Below are positions 7,981-16,050 of a stretch of 24,345 bases of DNA, piece by piece; within the stretch, counting starts at the first letter, position 1, and every line of letters starts with the position of its first letter. The notes under the pieces are model-generated. The model saw only the letters and a list, made by a program, of their open reading frames with translations, did not search any database and was not told the DNA's origin. The DNA is from a virus (taxonomy: Duplodnaviria; Caudoviricetes): positions 1-24,345 of the IMG/VR virus record IMGVR_UViG_3300025803_000099; one strand, 5' to 3'. Position numbers and translations under genes: made by a program.

Positions 7981-10476
7981 TTACCTACCATATATAGGGG
8001 GTAGCGTACCATTACCACCTATGTCTGCCATGGCTAGAAAGACGTAATTTCCACCGGAAGCGTTGTAGGTTGTGCCAGAGGTTCTTATCTTAATGCTGGT
8101 AGAAAGCATATCAAGCGATAGAGTGCCACCTGTTACGTTGCTATTTGCAAACAGATACTCGCCAGAGTTCGAGCCGTTTGGCAGGTATCCCAAAAGCCAA
8201 TCATTCGCCACATCTGTTCGTTTTAGTAAAAACAGTTTTGGATTAAAATTGAGAGAAACAAACGGTCCATCGGCATTACCGTTTCCGGTGTAAGACCCGA
8301 CCTTGCACACACCGGGAACTGATCGGAAGGCGAAGAAGCTTAAAGTCCCGGAAGATGCATTAACGGCATTATCCGTGCCAACAGTAAACACTGAGGAAGT
8401 CGGCGCAGTATCGTTCCAGTAAACCGGGCTGTCGGATGCGGCCAATGTGTTATTTAAGAACAACACATCGGTTTCGGCATCGCTTGCGATACCATTGTGA
8501 TAAACAGGCCAATTCTCCGCTGTCCCTGTGTTTTTAACAATAATCATTTCTGGTGCGCCACCTAGACCATGCCCGATTGTTGCATTAGCACCTGTTCCAG
8601 TGTACGTTCCAATTGAAAAATGATCTGCATTTGCCACGGTAACAGTTGAAGTTATAGAGCCATTTGTGTTTGACGAACCAGTACCGCCAGCAAGCCAGTT
8701 CCACGACACGTAATCTTCTGTGTTAGTATTAACAGCATCTAAATTACCAACTGTAAAACCATCAGTGTCAAATGTAGACAACGATTCGACATTTGTTACT
8801 TCGGCATTAAATGAATCAGACGATATATATTTGGTTACGCCTCGCACAACATCAGTCAAAATATGACTGTCCGCTGCATCCCTATTCTTGATCCATGTAA
8901 AATCTGGTTGAAATCCAACGCCTGTGACTGCTTTACCACCAGAACCAATTGCAGTGCCGTTACCTGTGTACAGAGTAGCGTTAAAATAATCTATGCCTTG
9001 ATAGTCTGGTGCTGCTAAGTTGTCAGAGGTAATAGACTTTACATCTGATGGAATACTTGATGCTACCCATTCATCAGAATTAGTATGCAATAAAAGATTA
9101 CCTGTGCTATATACAATTCCACCAATCTGATACTTATTATCAGAAGCGTCTAGTGTGTAAAGCTCGCCAGTCTCAGCATCTGGATCACCACTATTACTCC
9201 ATGTAAGTGTTGTTCCAGAAATTGTGCCAATATACAACTTGTTGTTTTTTACACAAATAGCAAAACGCCCTCCTGATGAAAGAGCAGTACCAGTAACAGT
9301 GCTTGAAACATTATTGTGATAGCGTTTTGTACCGTTGGGATTTAATCGCCAACTTCCGTCATTAAAACCCAAAGTAAGCGAAGGTGATCCGCTACTATTT
9401 TTTGCAGCGAGAGTATTGTTATCAAGATATAAAGTAGACCATACACCTACGGCGGGATAATCTATTCCGTTTGTAGTAGGTGTTTCAATTTCAATATAAA
9501 AGCCACTAGAGTCACTACCATCAAAACTCAGAGTAGTAGTAAAAGAATGTCCCCCACTACTTACCCAAGATGCTTTTCTATTGCCTTCTGAAAGTATTGC
9601 ATAACTTGTTGATCCAGCATTTATAACATTAAATATTGTAGATACATGGCTAGGTGTATTGCCTGACTGATTAGCACTGCTCATGCTATTAGGAGTGAAA
9701 TCATTAGCGTTAGAGCTAATATCATTTCCCAGATCACCACTATCTGCAAAGTCAAGACAGAAGCTATTTCCTCCTGCTGCAGTTGCAAGAGCAGCTATGT
9801 CTGCATCAGCTTTTGGAACATACTGAGAACCATTAGTGCCAAAGGTAAAACTATCAAGTAAGTCACTAATACTTAAATCACCATTTTGAAAAGATTTATT
9901 CTCAAGCATAGTGAATTGTGCTAGATAGGCAGGAATATACCGGGTACTGTTATAACTATACCTACCAATTTCATGTAAAACATTATCATTAAAAGCAGTT
10001 GTTTCACCGCTAGGGGTATCTGTGTTTGCAGACAAATCGGTAACTTCAATGCCATTCACAAATAATTTAATTCTATCATTGGCGGGAATGCCGCTACCTG
10101 AATCAAAACTAACACAAATATGATACCAACCAACATCTCTGTACTTAGCACTGCTTGTTTTTCTTGCAGTTACACCACTTTGATAAACATAAAAATCAAG
10201 CTGGTTTAAGGAGGAAAATCCAAGCCAAGTTATATTTCCAAGAGCAGTCCCAGCACTAAAAATTGTTTGTGAGTCTGCAAGATTATCAACTTTATTTGGC
10301 TGCACCCAACAAGAAACTATCCAACGAGTTGTTGTACCAGCACTAGATGGTGTTCTATTAAGATAGTCAGCACTACCATCTAACCACACTGAATTACCAA
10401 TTAGCGTTGGGTCAAATGGTGTTGCCCCACCACCCTGACCTGCAGCACCTAAAAGAAGATTATTATTAAATACCAT
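7981..10476 (-). CDS. Receptor-binding/tail fibre tip protein with LamG/concanavalin-A-like and SPRY-like domains and C-terminal beta repeats
   Basis: 831 aa; LamG-like WIVSCWVQP...YRDVGWYHICVSFD...RIKLFVNG; repeated YTGNG...GFQPDFTWIKNR / HGLGGAPEMIIVK / FNPKLFLLKR modules. Confidence 0.8.
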   Translation of the reverse strand: MVFNNNLLLGAAGQGGGATPFDPTLIGNSVWLDGSADYLNRTPSSAGTTTRWIVSCWVQPNKVDNLADSQTIFSAGTALGNITWLGFSSLNQLDFYVYQSGVTARKTSSAKYRDVGWYHICVSFDSGSGIPANDRIKLFVNGIEVTDLSANTDTPSGETTAFNDNVLHEIGRYSYNSTRYIPAYLAQFTMLENKSFQNGDLSISDLLDSFTFGTNGSQYVPKADADIAALATAAGGNSFCLDFADSGDLGNDISSNANDFTPNSMSSANQSGNTPSHVSTIFNVINAGSTSYAILSEGNRKASWVSSGGHSFTTTLSFDGSDSSGFYIEIETPTTNGIDYPAVGVWSTLYLDNNTLAAKNSSGSPSLTLGFNDGSWRLNPNGTKRYHNNVSSTVTGTALSSGGRFAICVKNNKLYIGTISGTTLTWSNSGDPDAETGELYTLDASDNKYQIGGIVYSTGNLLLHTNSDEWVASSIPSDVKSITSDNLAAPDYQGIDYFNATLYTGNGTAIGSGGKAVTGVGFQPDFTWIKNRDAADSHILTDVVRGVTKYISSDSFNAEVTNVESLSTFDTDGFTVGNLDAVNTNTEDYVSWNWLAGGTGSSNTNGSITSTVTVANADHFSIGTYTGTGANATIGHGLGGAPEMIIVKNTGTAENWPVYHNGIASDAETDVLFLNNTLAASDSPVYWNDTAPTSSVFTVGTDNAVNASSGTLSFFAFRSVPGVCKVGSYTGNGNADGPFVSLNFNPKLFLLKRTDVANDWLLGYLPNGSNSGEYLFANSNVTGGTLSLDMLSTSIKIRTSGTTYNASGGNYVFLAMADIGGNGTLPPIYGR

Positions 10477-12168
10477 TTATGAATATGCCTTTGTTACTAA
10501 TCCGTGAACATCTGTAGATGTATGTACAATATAGTCTAACCTATCTACTGCATTGATAGAAGTAGAAATAACAGGAGCAGTACCATCAGGAAAATCCCAG
10601 TTTGATCCAAAGGCAAGTGTTCTTGATCCTGTACCATCTTGTACAATAAAGATACTTCCTACCTGACCTGCAACACAGTTGGTTGGATTTTCTAATGTTC
10701 TGTTACCTGCTAGTGTAATTGCAAAGTTCTGTCCTGTATTAAAGTCAACTGCAATACTTGCTGCATCTGTGAGACTTACAATATCTGCTACAGCAGCAGT
10801 ACCAATACGAAGTTCTTTTCCTAGAAGCGCATCTACTCCAATAGCAACCGCACTTACATAAAAGTCTGTACCGCTTACTGTACCAGTTAGTGTACCACCA
10901 GCAAGAGGTAAATGGTTTGCAATGCTTGTTGCTAATGTTGCTGATAGATTTGTAATGACTGTATTAACACTTGTAATTGCAGCAGAATTAACTGATGTTA
11001 TAACAGATACTGCCTCTACCACAGTATTGATACTTGTAATAGCTGCTGTGTTCACACTTGTTAAAGCAGAGACTGCTTCTACTACAGTATTGATGCTTGT
11101 AATTGCAGCAGTATTAACTGAAGTAAGTGCAGAGACTGCTTCTACTACTGTATTAATACTGGTAATAGCCGCAGTATTTACAGATGTAAGCGCAGAAACA
11201 TTTGCAACTACAGTATTAATACTGGTAATAGCTGCAGTATTAACTGACGTAACTGCAGATACTGCATCTACAACTGTATTAATACTTGTAATTGAATCAA
11301 GATTTGTTTGCGTCAATACAGATACTGCAGCAAGTTCAGCACTTGTTGCAAAGTCAAGATTATCAACTACAGTATTAATGCTTGTAATAGCTGCAGCATT
11401 AACTGAAGTAAGTGCTGAAACATTTGCAACTACAGTATTAATACTGGTAATTGAATCAAGGTTTGTCTGTGTTAATGCTGATACTGCAGCAACATCATTT
11501 ACTGTTGCAGCAGTAACACCAGAGATAAGCAGATCACCTGTTACTGCAAGAGCAGTACTAACTGAAACTGTACCAAAGTTTTGGTCTGCAGAAACAAGGA
11601 TTGTACCACTTACAGGTATTGAACTTGATACTGCACCATCAACTGTAATCTTAATACCAGTACCTGCTTCAATAAATTTAACAGTACCACCTTCGGCAGA
11701 TGGAACATTTATCAGACCTGAACCATCACCTACAAAGAATGCTGCGCTAACAATACTATTAAATGTAGCAATAGAAGCAGATACTTTAGCAACATTAATT
11801 GTTGTATCTTCTAAACTTACAGCAATAGTTGGATTGCCCTCAGTACCATCACCATTAGTAATTGCAATGCCTGCACCAGCAGTTAAAGTTCTACCGTTTA
11901 CTTCTCCACCGCTTACAGCAACAAGACCTACAACACCAGTAAGATCAGCTAGATTATTTAGTGTAGATGCATTAGCAGTAAGAGTTACACCATTAAGCTG
12001 AAATGTTCCATTAATGTTAACAGTAGAATTACTAAGCTGCAGTCCTGAGTTTGTACCTGATCCGTCTTGAACAGTCTGTACTGTTCCAGTAAGTCCAGTA
12101 TTATTACTTCCTACTTGGAGAAGCTGCTTATAACTATTTGCAATTGTTGATCCAGTAAGTGTTGCCAT
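10477..12168 (-). CDS. Long tail fibre with coiled-coil stalk
   Basis: Likely starts at MATLTG (ATG 12168, TAATG overlap) rather than 12183. Contains RTLTAGAGIAITNGDG...GNPTI fibre motif, eight 21-aa repeats and a C-terminal QDGTGSRTL domain. Confidence 0.8.
   Translation of the reverse strand: MATLTGSTIANSYKQLLQVGSNNTGLTGTVQTVQDGSGTNSGLQLSNSTVNINGTFQLNGVTLTANASTLNNLADLTGVVGLVAVSGGEVNGRTLTAGAGIAITNGDGTEGNPTIAVSLEDTTINVAKVSASIATFNSIVSAAFFVGDGSGLINVPSAEGGTVKFIEAGTGIKITVDGAVSSSIPVSGTILVSADQNFGTVSVSTALAVTGDLLISGVTAATVNDVAAVSALTQTNLDSITSINTVVANVSALTSVNAAAITSINTVVDNLDFATSAELAAVSVLTQTNLDSITSINTVVDAVSAVTSVNTAAITSINTVVANVSALTSVNTAAITSINTVVEAVSALTSVNTAAITSINTVVEAVSALTSVNTAAITSINTVVEAVSVITSVNSAAITSVNTVITNLSATLATSIANHLPLAGGTLTGTVSGTDFYVSAVAIGVDALLGKELRIGTAAVADIVSLTDAASIAVDFNTGQNFAITLAGNRTLENPTNCVAGQVGSIFIVQDGTGSRTLAFGSNWDFPDGTAPVISTSINAVDRLDYIVHTSTDVHGLVTKAYS
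10951..11487 (-). repeat. Eight 63-bp (21-aa) tandem repeats, consensus AVSALTSVNTAAITSINTVVx, interrupted once by 11 aa
   Basis: Counted directly: 2 units + NLDFATSAELA + 6 units = 179 codons. Confidence 0.9.
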
Positions 12169-12446
12169 TATATCATATTCCAATCAGTGTCATAATTTTC
12201 CCAAGTATTAGTAGCATTATTCCATACTAGATTTCGATCATTATTCAATGGTGGGCGTGGATTACGAATACTCTCGTCATCTCGTACATTAGCAGTCCTA
12301 TTCTGCGGATGATTCTTTAGATCATATGCTCCATCATAATCTGTAGGGCATACAAGCATACCATAACTATTCATCTTCAATACCCTATGAGGGTACTGAA
12401 AACCACAAGTGTCACATATTGCTAATGCTCGCTTGTTGCTTGCCAT
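12168..12446 (-). CDS. Small Cys-containing conserved-type phage protein (putative Zn-binding)
   Basis: 92 aa; CDTCGF...LVCPTDYD...HPQN motif and C-terminal W-x6-W-x6-W. Confidence 0.7.
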   Translation of the reverse strand: MASNKRALAICDTCGFQYPHRVLKMNSYGMLVCPTDYDGAYDLKNHPQNRTANVRDDESIRNPRPPLNNDRNLVWNNATNTWENYDTDWNMI

Positions 12447-12448
12447 AA

Positions 12449-13123
12449 TTATACTTTATTTAATCGTGGTAGAAAATAGGCACTTGCTCTTTCTCTGTCT
12501 TCGTCCATTGCTCTTGAAAGTCTTTCTTCGTATTCCATCTTTAAAAACTGAATACGTGAACCATCTACACCGGGTCGCTTCATTGACATAAAGTATGATA
12601 GACCTGCTGTAAGACAGGGAAGAAAACGTCTCGATACATCAGCAATTTGTACAGCAGACTTATTAACATCTTGTGTATACTTTATCTGTTCTAGTTTAAG
12701 AGTATCTGTTGTATTTTCTGGTACAGGCCAGAGGTAAAGAGTAGGGTTAGCGCGATCACGGCGAATAGCATACTGTGTAGGTCTTCCCTTTTGACTCTTT
12801 CGAGGTATCTTAAGATACTCTTCCATGCTAATTCTTTCAAGTTGTAAATCAGTATTATCTCTACTTAATACTGCCTCTGTAATATCTATTGTGCTAGAGG
12901 TAAGAGCATAAGCTGTAACGCTAGTAGAAACTGAAACTACTGTAGTACCAGCAGTCCATAGAAGAATTCCTCGATTCTGCCAATCCTGTAAAAGAAGATT
13001 AATTGAACGACGAGCAGACTTAGGTTCATGTCCTAATGTCTGTTCACCACCAATCATTTCCATTGCTTCTTGAATAACTTCATCAATATCCATTGAGAAG
13101 TTATATGTGCCGCTGGTACTCAT
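12449..13123 (-). CDS. Head-tail adaptor / tail tubular protein A-like ring protein
   Basis: 224 aa; MSTSGTYNF..DIDEVIQEA, ARRSINLL..DWQNRG, GRPTQY, LYLWPVP motifs typical of podoviral adaptor proteins. Confidence 0.75.
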   Translation of the reverse strand: MSTSGTYNFSMDIDEVIQEAMEMIGGEQTLGHEPKSARRSINLLLQDWQNRGILLWTAGTTVVSVSTSVTAYALTSSTIDITEAVLSRDNTDLQLERISMEEYLKIPRKSQKGRPTQYAIRRDRANPTLYLWPVPENTTDTLKLEQIKYTQDVNKSAVQIADVSRRFLPCLTAGLSYFMSMKRPGVDGSRIQFLKMEYEERLSRAMDEDRERASAYFLPRLNKV

Positions 13124-13134
13124 TAGAGTTATCC

Positions 13135-13323
13135 TTAGTCGTTATACTCTACAATCTTACCCGGTTCATAATCTACAACAACATCTTGTTCTGCACCTTT
13201 AACCTGTGGACCTTTACGTGCAGCACCAAAACCCTGACCTGTAGGTTTACCAGTCATCTTTAAAACGTCCTCTTGTGTACGAGGATTTTTAATCCAATTA
13301 TACGTATACTCTTTTACTGCCAT
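13135..13323 (-). CDS. Small hypothetical protein with GQGFGAARKG motif
   Basis: 62 aa; AGGAGA RBS upstream. Confidence 0.7.
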   Translation of the reverse strand: MAVKEYTYNWIKNPRTQEDVLKMTGKPTGQGFGAARKGPQVKGAEQDVVVDYEPGKIVEYND

Positions 13324-13417
13324 TTTTAATTCTCCTGTTAACTTTACGTTTAGTTTTTCTTTTCTTACTAGGTACTTTAGTAATCTGTTGTGGTATACTT
13401 GATCTACCTATAGCCAT
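13298..13417 (-). CDS. Unannotated 39-aa basic peptide MAIGRSSIPQQITKVPSKKRKTKRKVNRRIKNGSKRVYV
   Basis: Manual translation; ATG directly abuts the TAG of 13418..13723 and the ORF fills the gap in the cluster. Confidence 0.7.
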   Translation of the reverse strand: MAIGRSSIPQQITKVPSKKRKTKRKVNRRIKNGSKRVYV

Positions 13418-13723
13418 CTAACACTTCCATCTCTTACGTGCTTGCCGTAATCTTGAATTAGGATTTTTAGCAGCTTTGGGAAACTGTTTCATTTGTCCTG
13501 CGCTACGTGCACAGTAACTCTTTCTGCGTGCTGCTCGTTTACCTGTAGGATTAGATTCAGTTACAGCAGTCTGTAATTTACTACCGGGATTTTCTCTGCG
13601 GTACTTAGCTACTCCTTTTGCAGTCATACCTGCACCTTGTTTGGTAGGACGCTTCTGTCCACCGCCAATAGTATGACCCTTCATTCCCTTACCAGTAGAC
13701 TTACGTTTCTTTTTTACAGCCAT
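13418..13723 (-). CDS. Basic small phage protein (GAGMTAKG...RRKSYCARS...RKRWKC type, possibly DUF6321-like)
   Basis: 101 aa, very Lys/Arg-rich; TAATG-coupled to the upstream gene. Family assignment is from memory. Confidence 0.75.
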   Translation of the reverse strand: MAVKKKRKSTGKGMKGHTIGGGQKRPTKQGAGMTAKGVAKYRRENPGSKLQTAVTESNPTGKRAARRKSYCARSAGQMKQFPKAAKNPNSRLRQARKRWKC

Positions 13724-14148
13724 TATTTTTTCCTGCGTGTTTTAGTGCTAGTTTTAAAAGTACGAACCATTGTGGGCTTACCACCTACACCTTGCTTAAC
13801 TGCTCGCTTACGCTTTACTGCAGATGCTTTCTGTCCTGCTGTCATACTCTTTGCTTTTGCAAGTGGCACACATTTAGGATACTTACGCTTTGTACTCTTA
13901 GTTGACTTTCTTCCACAGGGTTGATACTTTCCGTCCTTCTTTGGTGCACCAATATCAACCCACTTCTCGTCTACCCATTTGCGTAAACCACCACCTGCTT
14001 TCTTCTTTACAACTTTTTTCTTTTTCTTTCCACCCGGCTTTACTTTACCACTACAAACAGCAGACGCATACATATTTGCATAAGCTGATGGATATACATC
14101 AAACTTACGCTTTGCTGCAGCTTTACCCTTTGGACATAGTTTAGCCAC
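13723..14148 (-). CDS. Basic small phage protein (YPSAYAN; [11 protein letters not shown]...CGR...YPKCVP, possibly DUF5872-like)
   Basis: 141 aa; GTG start overlapping the upstream micro-ORF. Family assignment is from memory. Confidence 0.75.
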   Translation of the reverse strand: MAKLCPKGKAAAKRKFDVYPSAYANMYASAVCSGKVKPGGKKKKKVVKKKAGGGLRKWVDEKWVDIGAPKKDGKYQPCGRKSTKSTKRKYPKCVPLAKAKSMTAGQKASAVKRKRAVKQGVGGKPTMVRTFKTSTKTRRKK

Positions 14149-14284
14149 GTTTCCTTTTTCCCTTACTCTTTCTTGCCTGACTTAATGCAATTGCCACCGC
14201 TTGCTTCTGAGGATACTTTTCCTTTTTCAGCTTACGAATGTTTGCACTAACTGTCTTTTGGCTTGAACCTTTTTTAAGAGGCAT
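14141..14284 (-). CDS. Unannotated 47-aa basic protein [47 protein letters not shown]
   Basis: Manual translation; TAATG overlap with the upstream micro-ORF; PLKKG..NI...[10 protein letters not shown] is a recurrent small phage-protein motif. Confidence 0.8.
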   Translation of the reverse strand: MPLKKGSSQKTVSANIRKLKKEKYPQKQAVAIALSQARKSKGKRKRG

Positions 14285-14457
14285 TACATGTACAGTCTAT
14301 TCTGACAACCGCCCTTGCTTTTTTTACTTTTACTCTTTGATGATTTGGATGACTTAGACATTTTACCCATAGCCATTTCCTGTTGCTGAGTGATAGCACC
14401 GCCATCTTTGTACTTCTTAACTTTACCACCACCCATCATTTTCTTTTTACCATACAT
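14284..14457 (-). CDS. Unannotated 57-aa basic GG-motif protein [57 protein letters not shown]
   Basis: Manual translation; AAGGAAA RBS; its stop overlaps the next ATG. Confidence 0.8.
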   Translation of the reverse strand: MYGKKKMMGGGKVKKYKDGGAITQQQEMAMGKMSKSSKSSKSKSKKSKGGCQNRLYM

Positions 14458-14481
14458 TGTAGTTTTCCTTTCTTGCTTTAA

Positions 14482-15375
14482 TTAAAAGCCTCTGCGTGCT
14501 GCACCTACGCCACGACCAGAAAATCCTTTACGCTTTTTCACAGCAGACTTTTTGATCATGCCACCTTTTTTATTAAGAGCTACATTTTCCATTTGGTCAT
14601 AATACTTTTGAGTTGCACCACTAATAGGTAAGTCTCGTTTTTTTGCAAACTCATATTGTTTATATAACCCACCTTCAGTGTCAAACTTTTCCTTTGGTTT
14701 TGGTTTAGGTTTTGGAGCAGTTTTTGGTTTTGGTTCTGGAACAGTTTTTGGTTCAGGTAAAGTACGAACATTTACTTCAGGAACAGGTTCTAATTTTTTA
14801 TTTTGCTCATTATTTTTTAAAGAAGATAAACCACCTAAACCAGCAGCTGTAGTAGCAATTCCTATTGCTGTTTTACCAACATCAGATATTCTTGGCTTAG
14901 ATGGTGGTGTTGGTTTAGATGAGGATGTTGGTTGTTTAGGTGTTTTTGCCGTAACTGGTTGTTTAGGAGGTTTTCTTCCCTTACCTCTATTACCAGTAGG
15001 TCTTGGTTTTTGTTGACCTACACCAGTATTTTTAGGTTTTGGTGCAGAAGTGGGAGATGTAGAAGTATTAGGTGTTTTTTCTTTAGGAGGTTTTCTTCCC
15101 GCACCTCTATTGCCAGTAGGTTTTTGTTGACCCACTCCTGTATTTTTAGGCGGTCGTGCAGAAGTAGGAGATGTTCTTCCTGCAGGTTTCTTAGCTAGAT
15201 TTTCTGCTTCTTTTTTAGTAGCTTTAGGAATATAACCTTTCATTGAGTCTACCATTTTTTTAGTTGCTTTTTTAGCTACACCACTTTGTATAAGTGTACG
15301 TGCAACGCTAGGAGCAACCGCACGAATTATTCCTGCTGCTAATACAATTGGAACTGCTGCTGCTGGTCCGGGCAT
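14482..15375 (-). CDS. Lys/Pro-rich disordered protein with C-terminal NKKGGMI and GRGVGAARRGF motifs
   Basis: 297 aa; AAGGA RBS; internal duplication and PKPK runs. Confidence 0.75.
   Translation of the reverse strand: MPGPAAAVPIVLAAGIIRAVAPSVARTLIQSGVAKKATKKMVDSMKGYIPKATKKEAENLAKKPAGRTSPTSARPPKNTGVGQQKPTGNRGAGRKPPKEKTPNTSTSPTSAPKPKNTGVGQQKPRPTGNRGKGRKPPKQPVTAKTPKQPTSSSKPTPPSKPRISDVGKTAIGIATTAAGLGGLSSLKNNEQNKKLEPVPEVNVRTLPEPKTVPEPKPKTAPKPKPKPKEKFDTEGGLYKQYEFAKKRDLPISGATQKYYDQMENVALNKKGGMIKKSAVKKRKGFSGRGVGAARRGF
14962..15174. repeat. Imperfect tandem duplication of about 95 bp (TSPTSA..KNTGVGQQKP..TGNRG.GRKPPK)
   Basis: Copies at about 14962-15060 and 15082-15174. Confidence 0.85.
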
Positions 15376-15393
15376 TTTAAAAATCCTTTTCTA

Positions 15394-16050
15394 TTAATTA
15401 GTGTTTGGTACTAAGTTATTGTCTGCACCTGCAGGACTTGCAGGAGTTTGCATATCATCGCGTCTTGTTCTACGTGCCTGATTGCGCTGTAGTTCAAGAA
15501 CTTGACCATACTTCTGTTCATATAACTGAGCAGCAGGCCAATCCTTTTGGAATAACATTGCTTCAATCATTGATGCATTGAACAGTAAATCATAACAGTA
15601 GTCAGAAAAATAGTTTGTCGGTGTAGCAGAAGTAAGAGTAGTAGGTCTGCTTACATGTACTACCTGTCCACTGTACGTAGAAGCAGGTGTAGGTGCAATT
15701 AATACTGTACTATTGTTACGAGGAGAATAATATCGTGGCTCTGCAGTTGAAGCTGAAACAGGCCAGTAGTCATTTAGATATTCATCTGTTCTTTGAAGCA
15801 GATTAATTTTTGTAGCATTACTTGAAATATTGATATTTTTTATAACACGTGTACCTGTAGGAAGAGTAACAATATTATTACCCAGACTTACAGCAACAGA
15901 AGTGTACGTTACCAAACCATAGTCATCTAGGTCTTTGGTAAGTCTTTCTTCTGCACGATTGACCATATTAGGTACGTAGTTTAAAAACTCTGTACCGTCA
16001 TTCTCACATGCATTAATAATATCATTTACAAGATATGTGTAATTAGCCAT
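15394..16050 (-). CDS. Second adaptor-like virion ring protein
   Basis: 218 aa; N-terminal NYTYLVNDI...AEERL, EPRYY...LIAPTP and C-terminal RRTRRDD motifs typical of head-completion proteins. Confidence 0.7.
   Translation of the reverse strand: MANYTYLVNDIINACENDGTEFLNYVPNMVNRAEERLTKDLDDYGLVTYTSVAVSLGNNIVTLPTGTRVIKNINISSNATKINLLQRTDEYLNDYWPVSASTAEPRYYSPRNNSTVLIAPTPASTYSGQVVHVSRPTTLTSATPTNYFSDYCYDLLFNASMIEAMLFQKDWPAAQLYEQKYGQVLELQRNQARRTRRDDMQTPASPAGADNNLVPNTN

Noticed and set aside
5981-10777. Possible diversity-generating retroelement TR/VR pair in the duplicated fibre C-termini
   Set aside because: The copies are too diverged at DNA level, differences are not adenine-specific, both are coding, and no reverse transcriptase is in the window.
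10951-11487. CRISPR-like periodic array
   Set aside because: The repeats are in-frame 63-bp coding units with synonymous variation and no unique spacers.
10922-12001. 359-aa plus-strand ORF
   Set aside because: Antisense shadow of the repetitive Ala/Val/Ser/Thr fibre gene; no RBS or recognisable domain.
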